Shown piece by piece: positions 1-8,158 of a stretch of DNA of 32,000 bases. The position numbers and the translations under genes were made by a program. Below the pieces are notes generated by a model. That model was not told the DNA's origin and did not search any database. It saw nothing but the letters and a program-made list of their open reading frames with translations. Location of the stretch: NCBI RefSeq assembly GCF_017114945.1, contig NZ_JABXKQ010000066.1, positions 99,242-131,241 on the forward strand. The letters are read 5' to 3'. The DNA comes from Nostoc sp. JL34. GTDB lineage: Bacteria > Cyanobacteriota > Cyanobacteriia > Cyanobacteriales > Nostocaceae. The first letter of the stretch is position 1; every line of letters begins with the position of its first letter.

Positions 1-402
1 TCCCGATTTTGGATTTTGGATTTTGGATTTTAGATTTTCTTCCCCTGCTTCCCCTGCTTCCCCTACTTCCCCTACTTCCCCTACTTCCTCTACTTCCTGC
101 CTTTGTGTCTTTGTGTCTTTGTGTGAAATTTCATCCGACAAATCAAATGTCACCGTGACGCTAGCCTCAATCGAAGCACGTCCTTTAGCCGTTTGAGTAT
201 TATTTACCAAATCCGGCAAGCGTTCGGCTCGCATTCCCTTAGAACTGGAGAGTCCCAGGCAAAAGAGCAGTGCATCTAAGATATTGGACTTACCCGAACC
301 ATTTGGCCCAGATATGACAGTACACCCCGGTAGCAAAGGGACAGAAGTAGTGCCACCGAAGGATTTGAAGTTCGTAAGTTCCACGCGCTTGATGTGCACC
401 AT
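1..402 (-). CDS. smc: SMC chromosome-segregation ATPase, N-terminal fragment (gene continues beyond the left edge)
   Basis: Absent from the ORF track because it is truncated. Reverse complement from the ATG at 402..400 reads [66 protein letters not shown]..., an SMC head with Walker [10 protein letters not shown]. The frame stays open to nt 1. Confidence 0.8.
   Translation of the reverse strand, partial: MVHIKRVELTNFKSFGGTTSVPLLPGCTVISGPNGSGKSNILDALLFCLGLSSSKGMRAERLPDLVNNTQTAKGRASIEASVTVTFDLSDEISHKDTKTQRQEVEEVGEVGEVGEAGEAGEENLKSKIQNPKSG
4..124. repeat. Three abutting microsatellite arrays: (GGATTTT)x5 at 4-38, (CTTCCCCTR)x~7 at 39-99, (CTTTGTGT)x3 at 101-124
   Basis: Direct reading of the first two sequence lines. 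All three arrays lie inside the open smc frame and translate on the minus strand as ...[42 protein letters not shown]. Confidence 0.9.
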
Positions 403-879
403 AGGCGCTGGTTCCCTGGGCTAATGAAGAACAAGTGTATCAACTAATTAAGAATTCGCAAGAGGGTAAGGGGGAGAATTGGAAATTATAGTAGACGCGT
501 TGCGGTGAGCCTGCAAGTTTCACCCAAAAGGCTTACCGCAGGCGACGCTCAGTGTACGGCAAAATTTTTGATGTCGCAAACTGACCATCAAATTTTCCCA
601 GAGCAGACAGATAATATCATGTCCGACTAATTACTTGTAATTCAAAAATTTGAAATAGGATCAAGGCATTCTGATACAGTAATATGAGTTGCTAAGTAAC
701 AGGGGGAGGAAGTGAAAAAAGCAACTCACCCCAATGTTAGAGGGTATTAAAAGCACTAAATGAATTTATAATATAGTAATCTTTACAATTGAAAAAACGT
801 AGAAAGAAAGTCATCTTTACTACCTCAATCTGTTGTCTGTGATATGGTTCTTAACCCAAAATATTTGTAGAACTTAGTA

Positions 880-1701
880 ATGAAGAGATTAATTAAAGGT
901 CTGCGCGAATTTAAATCTAGCTATTTTTCGACACATCAACAATTGTTTGAGCAACTTTCACAGGGTCAAAAGCCCAGAGTATTATTTATTACCTGTTCTG
1001 ATTCGCGTCTCGATCCAAATTTAATTACACAAGCCCAAGTTGGTGAATTATTTGTCATTCGCAATGCAGGTAACATTATTCCACCGTATGGGGCAAGTAA
1101 TGGCGGTGAAGGCGCGACAATTGAATATGCTGTTCAAGCTTTAGATATTCGCCAAATTATTATTTGTGGTCACTCTCATTGCGGTGCAATGAAAGGATTA
1201 ATGAAGTTACACAATCTCAGCGATGAAATGCCGCTTGTACATGATTGGCTTAAATATGCAGAGGCAACTAGAAGGCTAGTTATAGACCACTACAGTCACT
1301 ACGGCGAAGAAGAACTGCTAGAGATTATGATTGCCGAAAATGTTCTTACTCAAATTGAGAATTTGCGGACGTATCCAGTGATTCACTCTAAGCTTTATCA
1401 GGGAGAACTTAGCATTTATGCTTGGATTTATCACATTGAAACAGGAGAAGTTTTCGCATACGATCCCCAGAAGCACGCTTATGTTTTGCCTCAAACTCAG
1501 CTTGCAGATTTGGAGATAGATGAGTCGTTTAGAGGTCAGGTTTCAAATACCAATGTAGTAGTGCGTTACCCTCAAAACCCGCAAGATGATGTTCAACCTT
1601 ATGAGAAACAGTCTGTTTCTCCATTTGAGTGGTTTCCAATGAGACAACTTTCTCCAGAGCAGATGGAGCGAATTTATCGAGGTTCAAATAATGGAAGTTG
1701 A
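880..1701 (+). CDS. ccaA: Beta-class carbonic anhydrase, CcaA/IcfA-like (carboxysomal type) with C-terminal extension
   Basis: Beta-CA zinc-ligand motifs C39-S-D-S-R and H98-S-H-C101-G. The RNAGNIIPPYG and CGHSHCGAMKGL blocks match CcaA of Synechocystis/Synechococcus as I recall it. A ~70-aa tail beyond the catalytic core ends in ERIYRGS. Confidence 0.8.
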   Translation: MKRLIKGLREFKSSYFSTHQQLFEQLSQGQKPRVLFITCSDSRLDPNLITQAQVGELFVIRNAGNIIPPYGASNGGEGATIEYAVQALDIRQIIICGHSHCGAMKGLMKLHNLSDEMPLVHDWLKYAEATRRLVIDHYSHYGEEELLEIMIAENVLTQIENLRTYPVIHSKLYQGELSIYAWIYHIETGEVFAYDPQKHAYVLPQTQLADLEIDESFRGQVSNTNVVVRYPQNPQDDVQPYEKQSVSPFEWFPMRQLSPEQMERIYRGSNNGS

Positions 1702-1815
1702 AAGATGAAAATATAGAATTTCAAACATCTCTTAGAGGGTTAGAGGTGGGATTTTGTACCTTACAGCTATTTCAGGTAAGGGAACTCCAAGAAATAAATT
1801 ATCCAATATTGGACT

Positions 1816-2076
1816 GGGCGGGCAAGATGCCATTGGTGTCAAGTTAAGCTCAAACTTCCTATGTCAATAAGCATTTAGGCTTAAAAATTCGGTTTTCAAG
1901 GGACAAAAAACGAACTTTTTCATGGACTATTAATGCTTTGTTTATTAGCATCACTACCAGCTTGCGTATAAAAGTCAGAAAAAAGTTCACCTTTATACTT
2001 CGTTCCTAACAAAACCTATCGTTGACAAATGGGTTTTAACCTTAAGTTGACACTAATGGCAAGATGCCCACCCCAC
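1816..2076. mobile_element. MITE-like unit 1 bounded by inverted repeats CATTGGTGTCAAGTTAAG / CTTAAGTTGACACTAATG
   Basis: 1831-1848 and 2041-2058 are inverted copies (16/18). The outer GGGCGGGCAAGATGC / GCAAGATGCCCACCCCAC flanks are also related. There is no ORF inside. Confidence 0.6.
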
Positions 2077-2146
2077 AAGAGTTAATTGAATATTTTTTTA
2101 TTTGGAAGTCCCTAAATAGACCACACGGTAGGCGCACAACATTGCT

Positions 2147-2340
2147 CATTGGTGTCAACTTAAGCTGAAAGCCTTTCAAATCTCGTTTCCAGCCCAGAGG
2201 CTGGAAATGCAACTCAAAAGCGGTTCTGCCGCCAGCAAGGGAGGCGGAGCCTCTAGGAAAGCATTCTCCGTCGGAGACTGGGAACGAGACAATGAGACAG
2301 CTCGTTCTAGGCTGGCTTTACCTTAAGTTGACACCAATGG
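2147..2340. mobile_element. MITE-like unit 2 with the same terminal inverted repeat (perfect 18 bp)
   Basis: CATTGGTGTCAACTTAAG at 2147-2164 is the exact reverse complement of 2323-2340. The unit lies in tandem with unit 1 and carries a nested palindromic element. Confidence 0.65.
2181..2290. repeat. Nested small palindromic dispersed-repeat element (Nostoc SDR-like)
   Basis: TCTCGTTTCCAGCCCAGAGGCTGGAAATGC (2181-2210) pairs with GCATTCTCCGTCGGAGACTGGGAACGAGAC (2261-2290). Inner partial pairing is CTGCCGCC..GGCGGAG. The whole element sits inside MITE unit 2. Confidence 0.6.
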
Positions 2341-2464
2341 GTATGCCGTGCCCTTACGACAGATGTGGTTCAAATACATGAAAATTGCTGTATTTAACCG
2401 AGAACAGCTATATAAAGTTACTCAAGTGGTATCAACTACCTATTCCTTACTTCTATTTAAGGAA

Positions 2465-2503
2465 GTAAAAAATAGAGACTTACACAGATGTAAGTCTCTA
2501 TTT
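2465..2503 (-). terminator. Rho-independent terminator of the BON lipoprotein gene
   Basis: Perfect 14-bp stem AATAGAGACTTACA / TGTAAGTCTCTATT (2471-2484 / 2489-2502) with a 4-nt loop. It is followed on the minus strand by a T-run (A-run 2467-2470 on the plus strand). Confidence 0.75.
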
Positions 2504-2544
2504 GGCTTTCATACCGATGCGAACTGAAAGCTTCAGTTATTCTT

Positions 2545-3003
2545 TTATGGTTTTTTCACAGTTTCAACTTTTGCTTCTACCTTCACTGTTTTCACACCTT
2601 GAACTTCTTTAACCAAGGTTTCAGCTTTTTTGAGTTCTTCAGCAGAAGTCGCTGTGCCTTTGAGGATAATTTCACCCTCTTTGTTTTCAACTTGTAACTT
2701 ATTACCTGGTAAGCCTTTGTTCAACTTTTGACTAACTTCGGTTTTTAAATCACCCTTGGTTTTTGTTGCTGCGGTTTTTTCAGCACTAGTTTTAACTTTA
2801 GTGCTTGTACTAGCTGCTACAGGAGTCGTTTCTGTTCCTGGAACTTTGGCAGTTTGATTTGTCTGAGAAGCTGGTTTTGCTGGTGCTTGAGCTGCTTCAT
2901 TAGTAGTGCTAGGAGTTTCCGAACCAGTTTTAGGAGCCTCTTGACAGCCAAAAGTACCAACTACCAAAATGCTACTAACTAGTAATGGAATTAGCTTTTT
3001 CAT
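2545..3003 (-). CDS. Lipoprotein with Thr/Ala/Pro-rich linker and C-terminal BON domain
   Basis: I prefer the ATG at 3003 (MKKLIPLLVSSILVVGTFGC, lipobox-like) with GGAG 7 nt upstream. The C-terminus LQVENKEGEIILKGTATSAEELKKAETLVKEVQGVKTVKVEAKV fits the BON pattern. Confidence 0.7.
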   Translation of the reverse strand: MKKLIPLLVSSILVVGTFGCQEAPKTGSETPSTTNEAAQAPAKPASQTNQTAKVPGTETTPVAASTSTKVKTSAEKTAATKTKGDLKTEVSQKLNKGLPGNKLQVENKEGEIILKGTATSAEELKKAETLVKEVQGVKTVKVEAKVETVKKP

Positions 3004-3484
3004 TATCATCTCCGAATTGAGTCCTTGAAGCAATTAATTGAGGTGTGTGTCATGGTGAGGAGCAGATGTTAAAAAACAATTAAATGTGGAGCAACAAAAG
3101 CACCCAAGCAGGCACTCAGGTTACTGAAAATTGAAATTTGGACAATTTCTTGAGGCTAAGATTTTACAGCCACTTTTTAAAAGCGCCAATTCAATTTTCT
3201 TGACTGTTACTGACCAGTATAGGTCTGCATACAGTCTGTGGTTATCTGTCAATTTAACGCAGATGCTAAGGGGCTTTATAAAGCTGAGACTGTGCCGCTT
3301 TACAGTGGTGAGTCGATATTATCAGATTTGAGCCAATTTGGCGATGTCTATAACGGGCATAGCTGCAACAACTAAAAACTTCAGCGTTTTTGCAATCCTG
3401 TGTCAGCAGACTTACAAACAAAATGTTACTTTATAAAACTATGGCTTACTTACAATGCCCTAAATAATCAGGAAATATTAACCA

Positions 3485-4405
3485 ATGCCCTACCTTACTT
3501 CCGCCAGCGAAATTCGTGCCATTATCGCTGAATATACCAATGCTAAAACGCTGTGGATAGATACAGAAGTCGCTGACTATAAAAGTCGTAATCCCCGACT
3601 ATCGCTGATTCAGGTATTAGATAATCCTCAAGATATGAGTGGCGATCGCGTCTATCTTTTAGATGTCCTAGATCAGCCTAATATTATAGCTGAATTTATT
3701 GAAGAAATTATGATAAAGGCTGCCATTGAAAAAGTTTTTCACAATGCTAGTTATGATATCAAGCTTCTCGGTAACAAGAAAGCCAAAAATATAACCTGCA
3801 CTTTGGAAATGGCAAAAAAAATTCCCTACTATCTTTTACCATTACCCAACTACCAACTCAAGACTATAGCTACTGCACTTTGTAGCTTTAACAATATCGA
3901 CAAACAAGAACAAAAAAGCGATTGGGGAAAACGTCCCCTAACTGAAGAACAGATAGAGTATGCTTACTTAGATTGTATTTATCTTGCTCAAATCCACTTA
4001 AACTTGTTAGGATTACAAGCCCAAGCCAGCCCCGAACCCGCAACTGAAGACTTAATATCACTAAGTACCAGATACTCGCAACTTGAGCAGCAATGGAAGT
4101 TGTTGAATTCAGAATTTGAGCATTTGCAAGAACGGATGAAAAAAGCTATGCAAGCTCAGAATATATCTGAAACTTCTGATTATAAGCTGACTAGTTATGA
4201 GCGCACTACAGTCAAAGCTACTTTTACAGAATTGGCAAGGCTAGCACAAACTCAAGGTATTAATTTAGATTTTCCAATCACACTAACCCAGAAACTCCAA
4301 AAAGATTTAGGGCAAAATCTAGAACAACTTTCTGTGGATATTGACAAAACCACCTCTTGGCGGCTAAATACCAAAACTCAAGAGAGTCAAACTGAGGATG
4401 AGTAA
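3485..4405 (+). CDS. DEDDy-type 3'-5' exonuclease domain protein (RNase D/WRN-exo like) with C-terminal coiled-coil region
   Basis: Exo I WIDTEVAD, Exo II HNASYDIKLL and Exo III YAYLDCIYL motifs occur in the right order and spacing. Confidence 0.75.
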   Translation: MPYLTSASEIRAIIAEYTNAKTLWIDTEVADYKSRNPRLSLIQVLDNPQDMSGDRVYLLDVLDQPNIIAEFIEEIMIKAAIEKVFHNASYDIKLLGNKKAKNITCTLEMAKKIPYYLLPLPNYQLKTIATALCSFNNIDKQEQKSDWGKRPLTEEQIEYAYLDCIYLAQIHLNLLGLQAQASPEPATEDLISLSTRYSQLEQQWKLLNSEFEHLQERMKKAMQAQNISETSDYKLTSYERTTVKATFTELARLAQTQGINLDFPITLTQKLQKDLGQNLEQLSVDIDKTTSWRLNTKTQESQTEDE

Positions 4406-4638
4406 ATTGTTCATCAGGCTACAAATACCAGATTTTATAGAGTTATTGTAAAGAATAAATCTGGAAATTTTATCATTCCTGCCTCCGGCTTTTTCTTATA
4501 AATCTATAAAATATCAGGGAACTTTGTCAATTGACTTTAAACGTTTATCAAAAGTTAGAATAATTATTGAGTTAAAGAATTAAAATCTAGATTTTGGTAT
4601 TAATTCCATTCAGGTGTTATGGCAGTTTATATTAACTT

Positions 4639-5481
4639 ATGAGACGGCGTTTATTTGGGCAAAAGCGAACAAGGGTAAATACTTTATTTACCATAGCTAT
4701 TTTTACTACATTGACTGCAATTAGCAGCGTTTCTTGTAGTAAGAATGACAATGTATTGGTGACAGAAATAGGAGTTAGTCAACCTAGTCGTCGTTCAGCT
4801 ACAACTTCTAAAGGTGGAGAATTCTATATTCAGGGAAAGAATCAGCATTTAAATGGTGACTTGCAAGCTGCGATCGCTTCTTATGGTAAGGCAATTAGTC
4901 AAAATTCTCAGTATGGGGCTGCCTACAACGGTCGAGGACTAGCCTACTTTGATCTGGGAGACAAAGAAAAAGCGATCGCAGATTACAATCAAGCCCTTCG
5001 CATCAATCCTAACGACGCTGAAGCCTACAATAACTTAGGAAATGCCCGCGCTTCACTAGGAGGTAACAGAGAAGCGGTTAAAGATTACAGTGAAGCGATT
5101 CGCCTCAATCCCAACTATGCCGAAGCCTATAATAACCGGGGAAATGCCCGCGCCACCAATGGAGACAAAAAAGGGGCAATAGACGATCTTGACCAGGCGA
5201 TTCTCCTCAACCCCAAATATGCGATCGCTTATAATAACCGAGGAAATGCCCGTGCTGCCAATGGAGATCCCCAGGGGGCGATCGAAGATTATAATGAAGC
5301 TATTCGCATCAATCGTAACTTTGCCCCTGCCTACAATAACCGGGGAAATGCCCGCGCTACTAATGGAGACAAACAGGGGGCACTCAAAGACTTACAACAA
5401 GCAGCAAGCATTTTTCAAAGTCAGGGTAACAACGACTTATACCAACAAGTGATGAATAATATCAAAGAACTTGGACAGTAG
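4639..5481 (+). CDS. Exported/lipoprotein-like TPR repeat protein
   Basis: N-terminal hydrophobic segment ends in SSVSC. It is followed by at least 6 consecutive 34-aa TPR units with the recurring pattern AEAYNNRGNARAxxGDxxGAIxDxxxAIxLNP. Confidence 0.85.
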   Translation: MRRRLFGQKRTRVNTLFTIAIFTTLTAISSVSCSKNDNVLVTEIGVSQPSRRSATTSKGGEFYIQGKNQHLNGDLQAAIASYGKAISQNSQYGAAYNGRGLAYFDLGDKEKAIADYNQALRINPNDAEAYNNLGNARASLGGNREAVKDYSEAIRLNPNYAEAYNNRGNARATNGDKKGAIDDLDQAILLNPKYAIAYNNRGNARAANGDPQGAIEDYNEAIRINRNFAPAYNNRGNARATNGDKQGALKDLQQAASIFQSQGNNDLYQQVMNNIKELGQ

Positions 5482-5501
5482 GCAAAAGTAGAGCCAACAT
5501 G

Positions 5502-5650
5502 AAAAGGGCGGTTAGAAACCGCGTCTACACGAGGCTTTACCCACCTACGTGGGTTAAAAAAACCTCATTTTTCATTAGTCCGCGCAGGCGGACTTTGTTT
5601 GTGTAGCCGCGTTCACGCAGTGTGCCGCAGGCAATTCCATTCGCTAAGGC
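5502..5650 (+). repeat. Dispersed ~130-150-bp MITE-like element, copy A
   Basis: AAAAGGGCGGTTAGAAACCGCGTCTACAC...TAGTCCGCGCAGGCGGACTTTGTTTGTGTAGCCGCG...AATTCCATTCGC is collinear with 15917-16040. Copy A has an extra ~21 nt (TTCACGCAGTGTGCCGCAGGC). It contains the internal hairpin AGTCCGC/GCGGACT. Confidence 0.8.
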
Positions 5651-5680
5651 TTAAGTTTACTTGTTTATGCCTTGACAAAA

Positions 5681-7249
5681 TCACATCCCAGAACCAATGT
5701 GAATTCGATCCTCAACTTCCGCAAATTTTTCCTGTGCCTGCTGTTCAGTACTCAATAGGGAAACGACAATTGCCACAATAAACGCCAGTGGGATACTAAT
5801 TAATCCAGGATTTTTCAGCGGGAAAGGTGCAGAAGCGTGCTTGAGAATCGTTACCTGAATAGTCGGTGAGAAATAAATCAGCACTAAAGAGGAGATAGTA
5901 CCTACTAACATACTCGCAACTGCACCATTGGTAGTGAAGCGTCGCCAAAGCATTGATAAGAGCAATGCTGGGAAGTTTGCACTAGCAGCGATCGCAAATG
6001 CTAAACCTACCATATAAGCCACATTTTGCCCTTTAAACAAGATGCCCAGGAATATCGCCACTAACCCCAAAACCATTGTCGCACCACGAGCCACTTTCAG
6101 TTGTTCTGACTCGTCAGCATGACCCGATCGCACTACGTTCACCCACAAATCGTGGGACAATGCAGCCGCACCTGAGAGTGTCAACCCAGCAACAACTGCC
6201 AAAATCGTCGCAAAAGAAACAGCGGCGATAAAACCTAAGAAAGCATCACCACCGAGAAATTCTGCCAACATTGGCGCAGCCATGTTACCACCAGTACCAA
6301 TTTTCTCGATGGCATCTTTACCTACCAGTACCATCGCTCCAAAGCCCAGGATGAAGGTAAGGAGATAAAAAACGCCAATAATAGCTGTAGCGTAAGTAAC
6401 AGAGAGCCGCGCTGCTTTGGCGTCGGGTACTGTATAGAAACGCATTAGGATGTGAGGTAATCCAGCAGTGCCGAACATCAACGACATCCCTAAAGAGATA
6501 GCATCCAAGGGGTTAGAAACCAGTTTGCCCGGAGCTAATACACCTGTATACTTCTGGGATGCAGCGGCGAAAAGAGCAAGTGGGTTAAAGCCAAATTGTG
6601 CCAGTACCAAGATAGCTAGTAAGATAGTTCCGCCGAGCAACAGAACTGCTTTGATAATTTGTACCCAAGTGGTGGCAATCATCCCGCCAAAAATCACATA
6701 AGCCATCATCACGCAACCGACGATAACCACAGCTAATTCATAATCAAAGCCAAACAACAGTTTGATTAGCTCTCCAGCGCCTACCATTTGGGCAATTAAG
6801 TAAAAGCTAATCACTACCAGCGTTCCGATCGCAGATGCGATCCGTACAGGTTTTTGCTGCAAGCGATAAGCCACTACATCGGCAAAAGTGTATTTACCTA
6901 AGTTACGTAGTGGTTCGGCAATTAGGAACATGACAATCGGCCAACCCACCAGGAAGCCGATAGAATAAATTAAGCCGTCAAAACCGTTGAGTGCCACCAG
7001 CCCAGCAATACCTAAAAAGCTAGCTGCACTCATAAAGTCTCCTGCTAGGGCCAGCCCATTTTGGAAACCGCTGATTTTACCGCCAGCTGTATAGAACTGT
7101 GCCGTATTTTTGGTCAGCTTTGCTGCCCAATAGGTAATGCCTAAAGAACTGACAACAAACAGAAAAAAGAAAGCGATCGCCAACGGGTTAAACTTACCAA
7201 GATTGGTAATATCCGCCGCTAATAGCGGATCGAACCACACACTATTCAT
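5681..7249 (-). CDS. actP: Cation/acetate symporter, sodium:solute symporter family
   Basis: 522-aa polytopic membrane protein. It lies immediately downstream of a DUF485/YjcH-type gene, as in the E. coli yjcH-actP arrangement. The overall sequence pattern is SSS-family. Confidence 0.8.
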   Translation of the reverse strand: MNSVWFDPLLAADITNLGKFNPLAIAFFFLFVVSSLGITYWAAKLTKNTAQFYTAGGKISGFQNGLALAGDFMSAASFLGIAGLVALNGFDGLIYSIGFLVGWPIVMFLIAEPLRNLGKYTFADVVAYRLQQKPVRIASAIGTLVVISFYLIAQMVGAGELIKLLFGFDYELAVVIVGCVMMAYVIFGGMIATTWVQIIKAVLLLGGTILLAILVLAQFGFNPLALFAAASQKYTGVLAPGKLVSNPLDAISLGMSLMFGTAGLPHILMRFYTVPDAKAARLSVTYATAIIGVFYLLTFILGFGAMVLVGKDAIEKIGTGGNMAAPMLAEFLGGDAFLGFIAAVSFATILAVVAGLTLSGAAALSHDLWVNVVRSGHADESEQLKVARGATMVLGLVAIFLGILFKGQNVAYMVGLAFAIAASANFPALLLSMLWRRFTTNGAVASMLVGTISSLVLIYFSPTIQVTILKHASAPFPLKNPGLISIPLAFIVAIVVSLLSTEQQAQEKFAEVEDRIHIGSGM

Positions 7250-7302
7250 GCTTTTTTGGTTTAGGATTTTGGATTTGGGACTAGAAATTGCTAATAGCTA
7301 AT

Positions 7303-7578
7303 TTACTTACGTGTCAGCCTTGCGATTTGGTCGTCATAACTACTATTTGCCCAACGCACGTAGATAAAAATTAATACCCATGCTGAGACAATTACCAACG
7401 CCCCTAGTAAAATTCCGAGGCTAAGGCCAGGAAATACTAATGACCCCAGCAGAGGCTTATTGAACGCGATTAATAGGATAAAGCCGAAGTAAATAAACAT
7501 CATGGCTCCACTGAGAATCAGGGATACCCGCCAACGTTCAGCGGCGAGAGCCTGGAGAGCCTTTGTGCGATCGTTCAT
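7303..7578 (-). CDS. yjcH: DUF485 (YjcH-like) small inner-membrane protein, ActP partner
   Basis: 91 aa with two TM helices. Typical RWRVSL..YFGFILLIAF and C-terminal YVRWANSSYD pattern. Lies 53 nt upstream of actP on the same strand. Confidence 0.75.
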   Translation of the reverse strand: MNDRTKALQALAAERWRVSLILSGAMMFIYFGFILLIAFNKPLLGSLVFPGLSLGILLGALVIVSAWVLIFIYVRWANSSYDDQIARLTRK

Positions 7579-8081
7579 GTCTTCCTTTAGGTTGAGAAGA
7601 TTAGGTCAGATTGTCTCATTGAAGTTGATTTCTGCGTAATTTTCTTAAAGATTATTAGTAAATCTATTGCTATGTCAGGTAATAAAATTAACTTTGCAGA
7701 GCGATATATCAAAATAAAAAGAGAATAGTAGCTCTGTTTTGAGTCAGAGACACATAACTATAGATGCAGTTAGATACAAATAAACTGATCTATCTGTAAG
7801 TTGTAATTTTATGTGCTAAAAGTGCTGAATTATACTAAAAACATAGTCGAGAGATCAAAAAAATTAAAATAAATACGTACATCAATAAGAATTTAAAGAT
7901 AATTTACTTTAGCCTTTTTTTGTTATTGTCTTTACAGATTATAGTGAGTGTTATTTTTTTAATGTCTTCATCCAAAAGTTCAATTTCTTCTACAATTAGT
8001 CCAAAGTCTAGCTGTATTTTAGGAAATCTCTAATAATAATAATTACCATTATAACAATCTTTAATCACTCGCAATAAATAA

Positions 8082-8112
8082 GAACCCTAACTTATTAAAT
8101 AAGTCGGGGTTC
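8082..8112 (-). terminator. Rho-independent terminator of the orphan gene
   Basis: GAACCCTAACTTATT / AATAAGTCGGGGTTC form a long hairpin. On the minus strand it is followed by TTATTTATT. A second 8-bp hairpin (GCAATTCT..AGAATTGC, 8121-8148) sits between it and the stop codon. Confidence 0.65.
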
Positions 8113-8158
8113 TGCGGGTTGCAATTCTCACGAATCAAATAGAATTGCTATATATAAT

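Noticed and set aside
501-737. Hairpins in the smc-ccaA intergenic region (TGCGGTGAGCC..GGCTTACCGCA at 501-542; GAGTTGCT..AGCAACTC at 696-737) as a possible sRNA or riboswitch
   Set aside because: These are isolated stems with no recognisable riboswitch core, promoter/terminator pairing, or conservation information. They cannot be supported from the sequence alone.
765-880. Possible NtcA box (GTA-N8-TAC) upstream of ccaA
   Set aside because: The only candidate, GTAATCTTTAC (777-787), has 5-nt spacing rather than 8, so it does not fit the consensus.
3131-3331. 66-aa ORF in the BON/exonuclease divergent intergenic region
   Set aside because: TTG start, no ribosome-binding site, and a low-complexity hydrophobic/odd composition. 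It sits where two promoters are expected. No support beyond being open.
5189-5452. 87-aa alternative-frame ORF inside the TPR gene
   Set aside because: It lies entirely within a well-supported TPR coding frame. Its openness is a by-product of the repetitive codon pattern.
5599-5781. 60-aa ORF spanning the repeat element and the actP 3' end
   Set aside because: It starts inside the dispersed MITE-like element and overlaps actP antisense. The Cys/Arg-rich junk translation is typical of repeat DNA.
6468-6701. Antisense shadow ORFs inside long genes (6468-6701, 9241-9507, 9260-9520, 10263-10472, 10555-10764, 14581-14793, 15532-15720, 17068-17253, 17160-17390, 21699-21884, 22814-23026, 25817-26011, 27116-27316, 27825-28052, 27934-28116)
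   Set aside because: Each is nested in or antisense to a much longer ORF with clear family motifs. All are short, lack start context, and have atypical amino-acid composition.
8082-8112. Shared AGAACCC...AAGTCGGGGTT between the orphan-gene terminator and the corA terminator (26819-26852) as evidence of a repeat family
   Set aside because: Only about 18 nt are shared, and both are simple GC-clamped hairpins. That is too short to distinguish from convergence without a genome-wide count.
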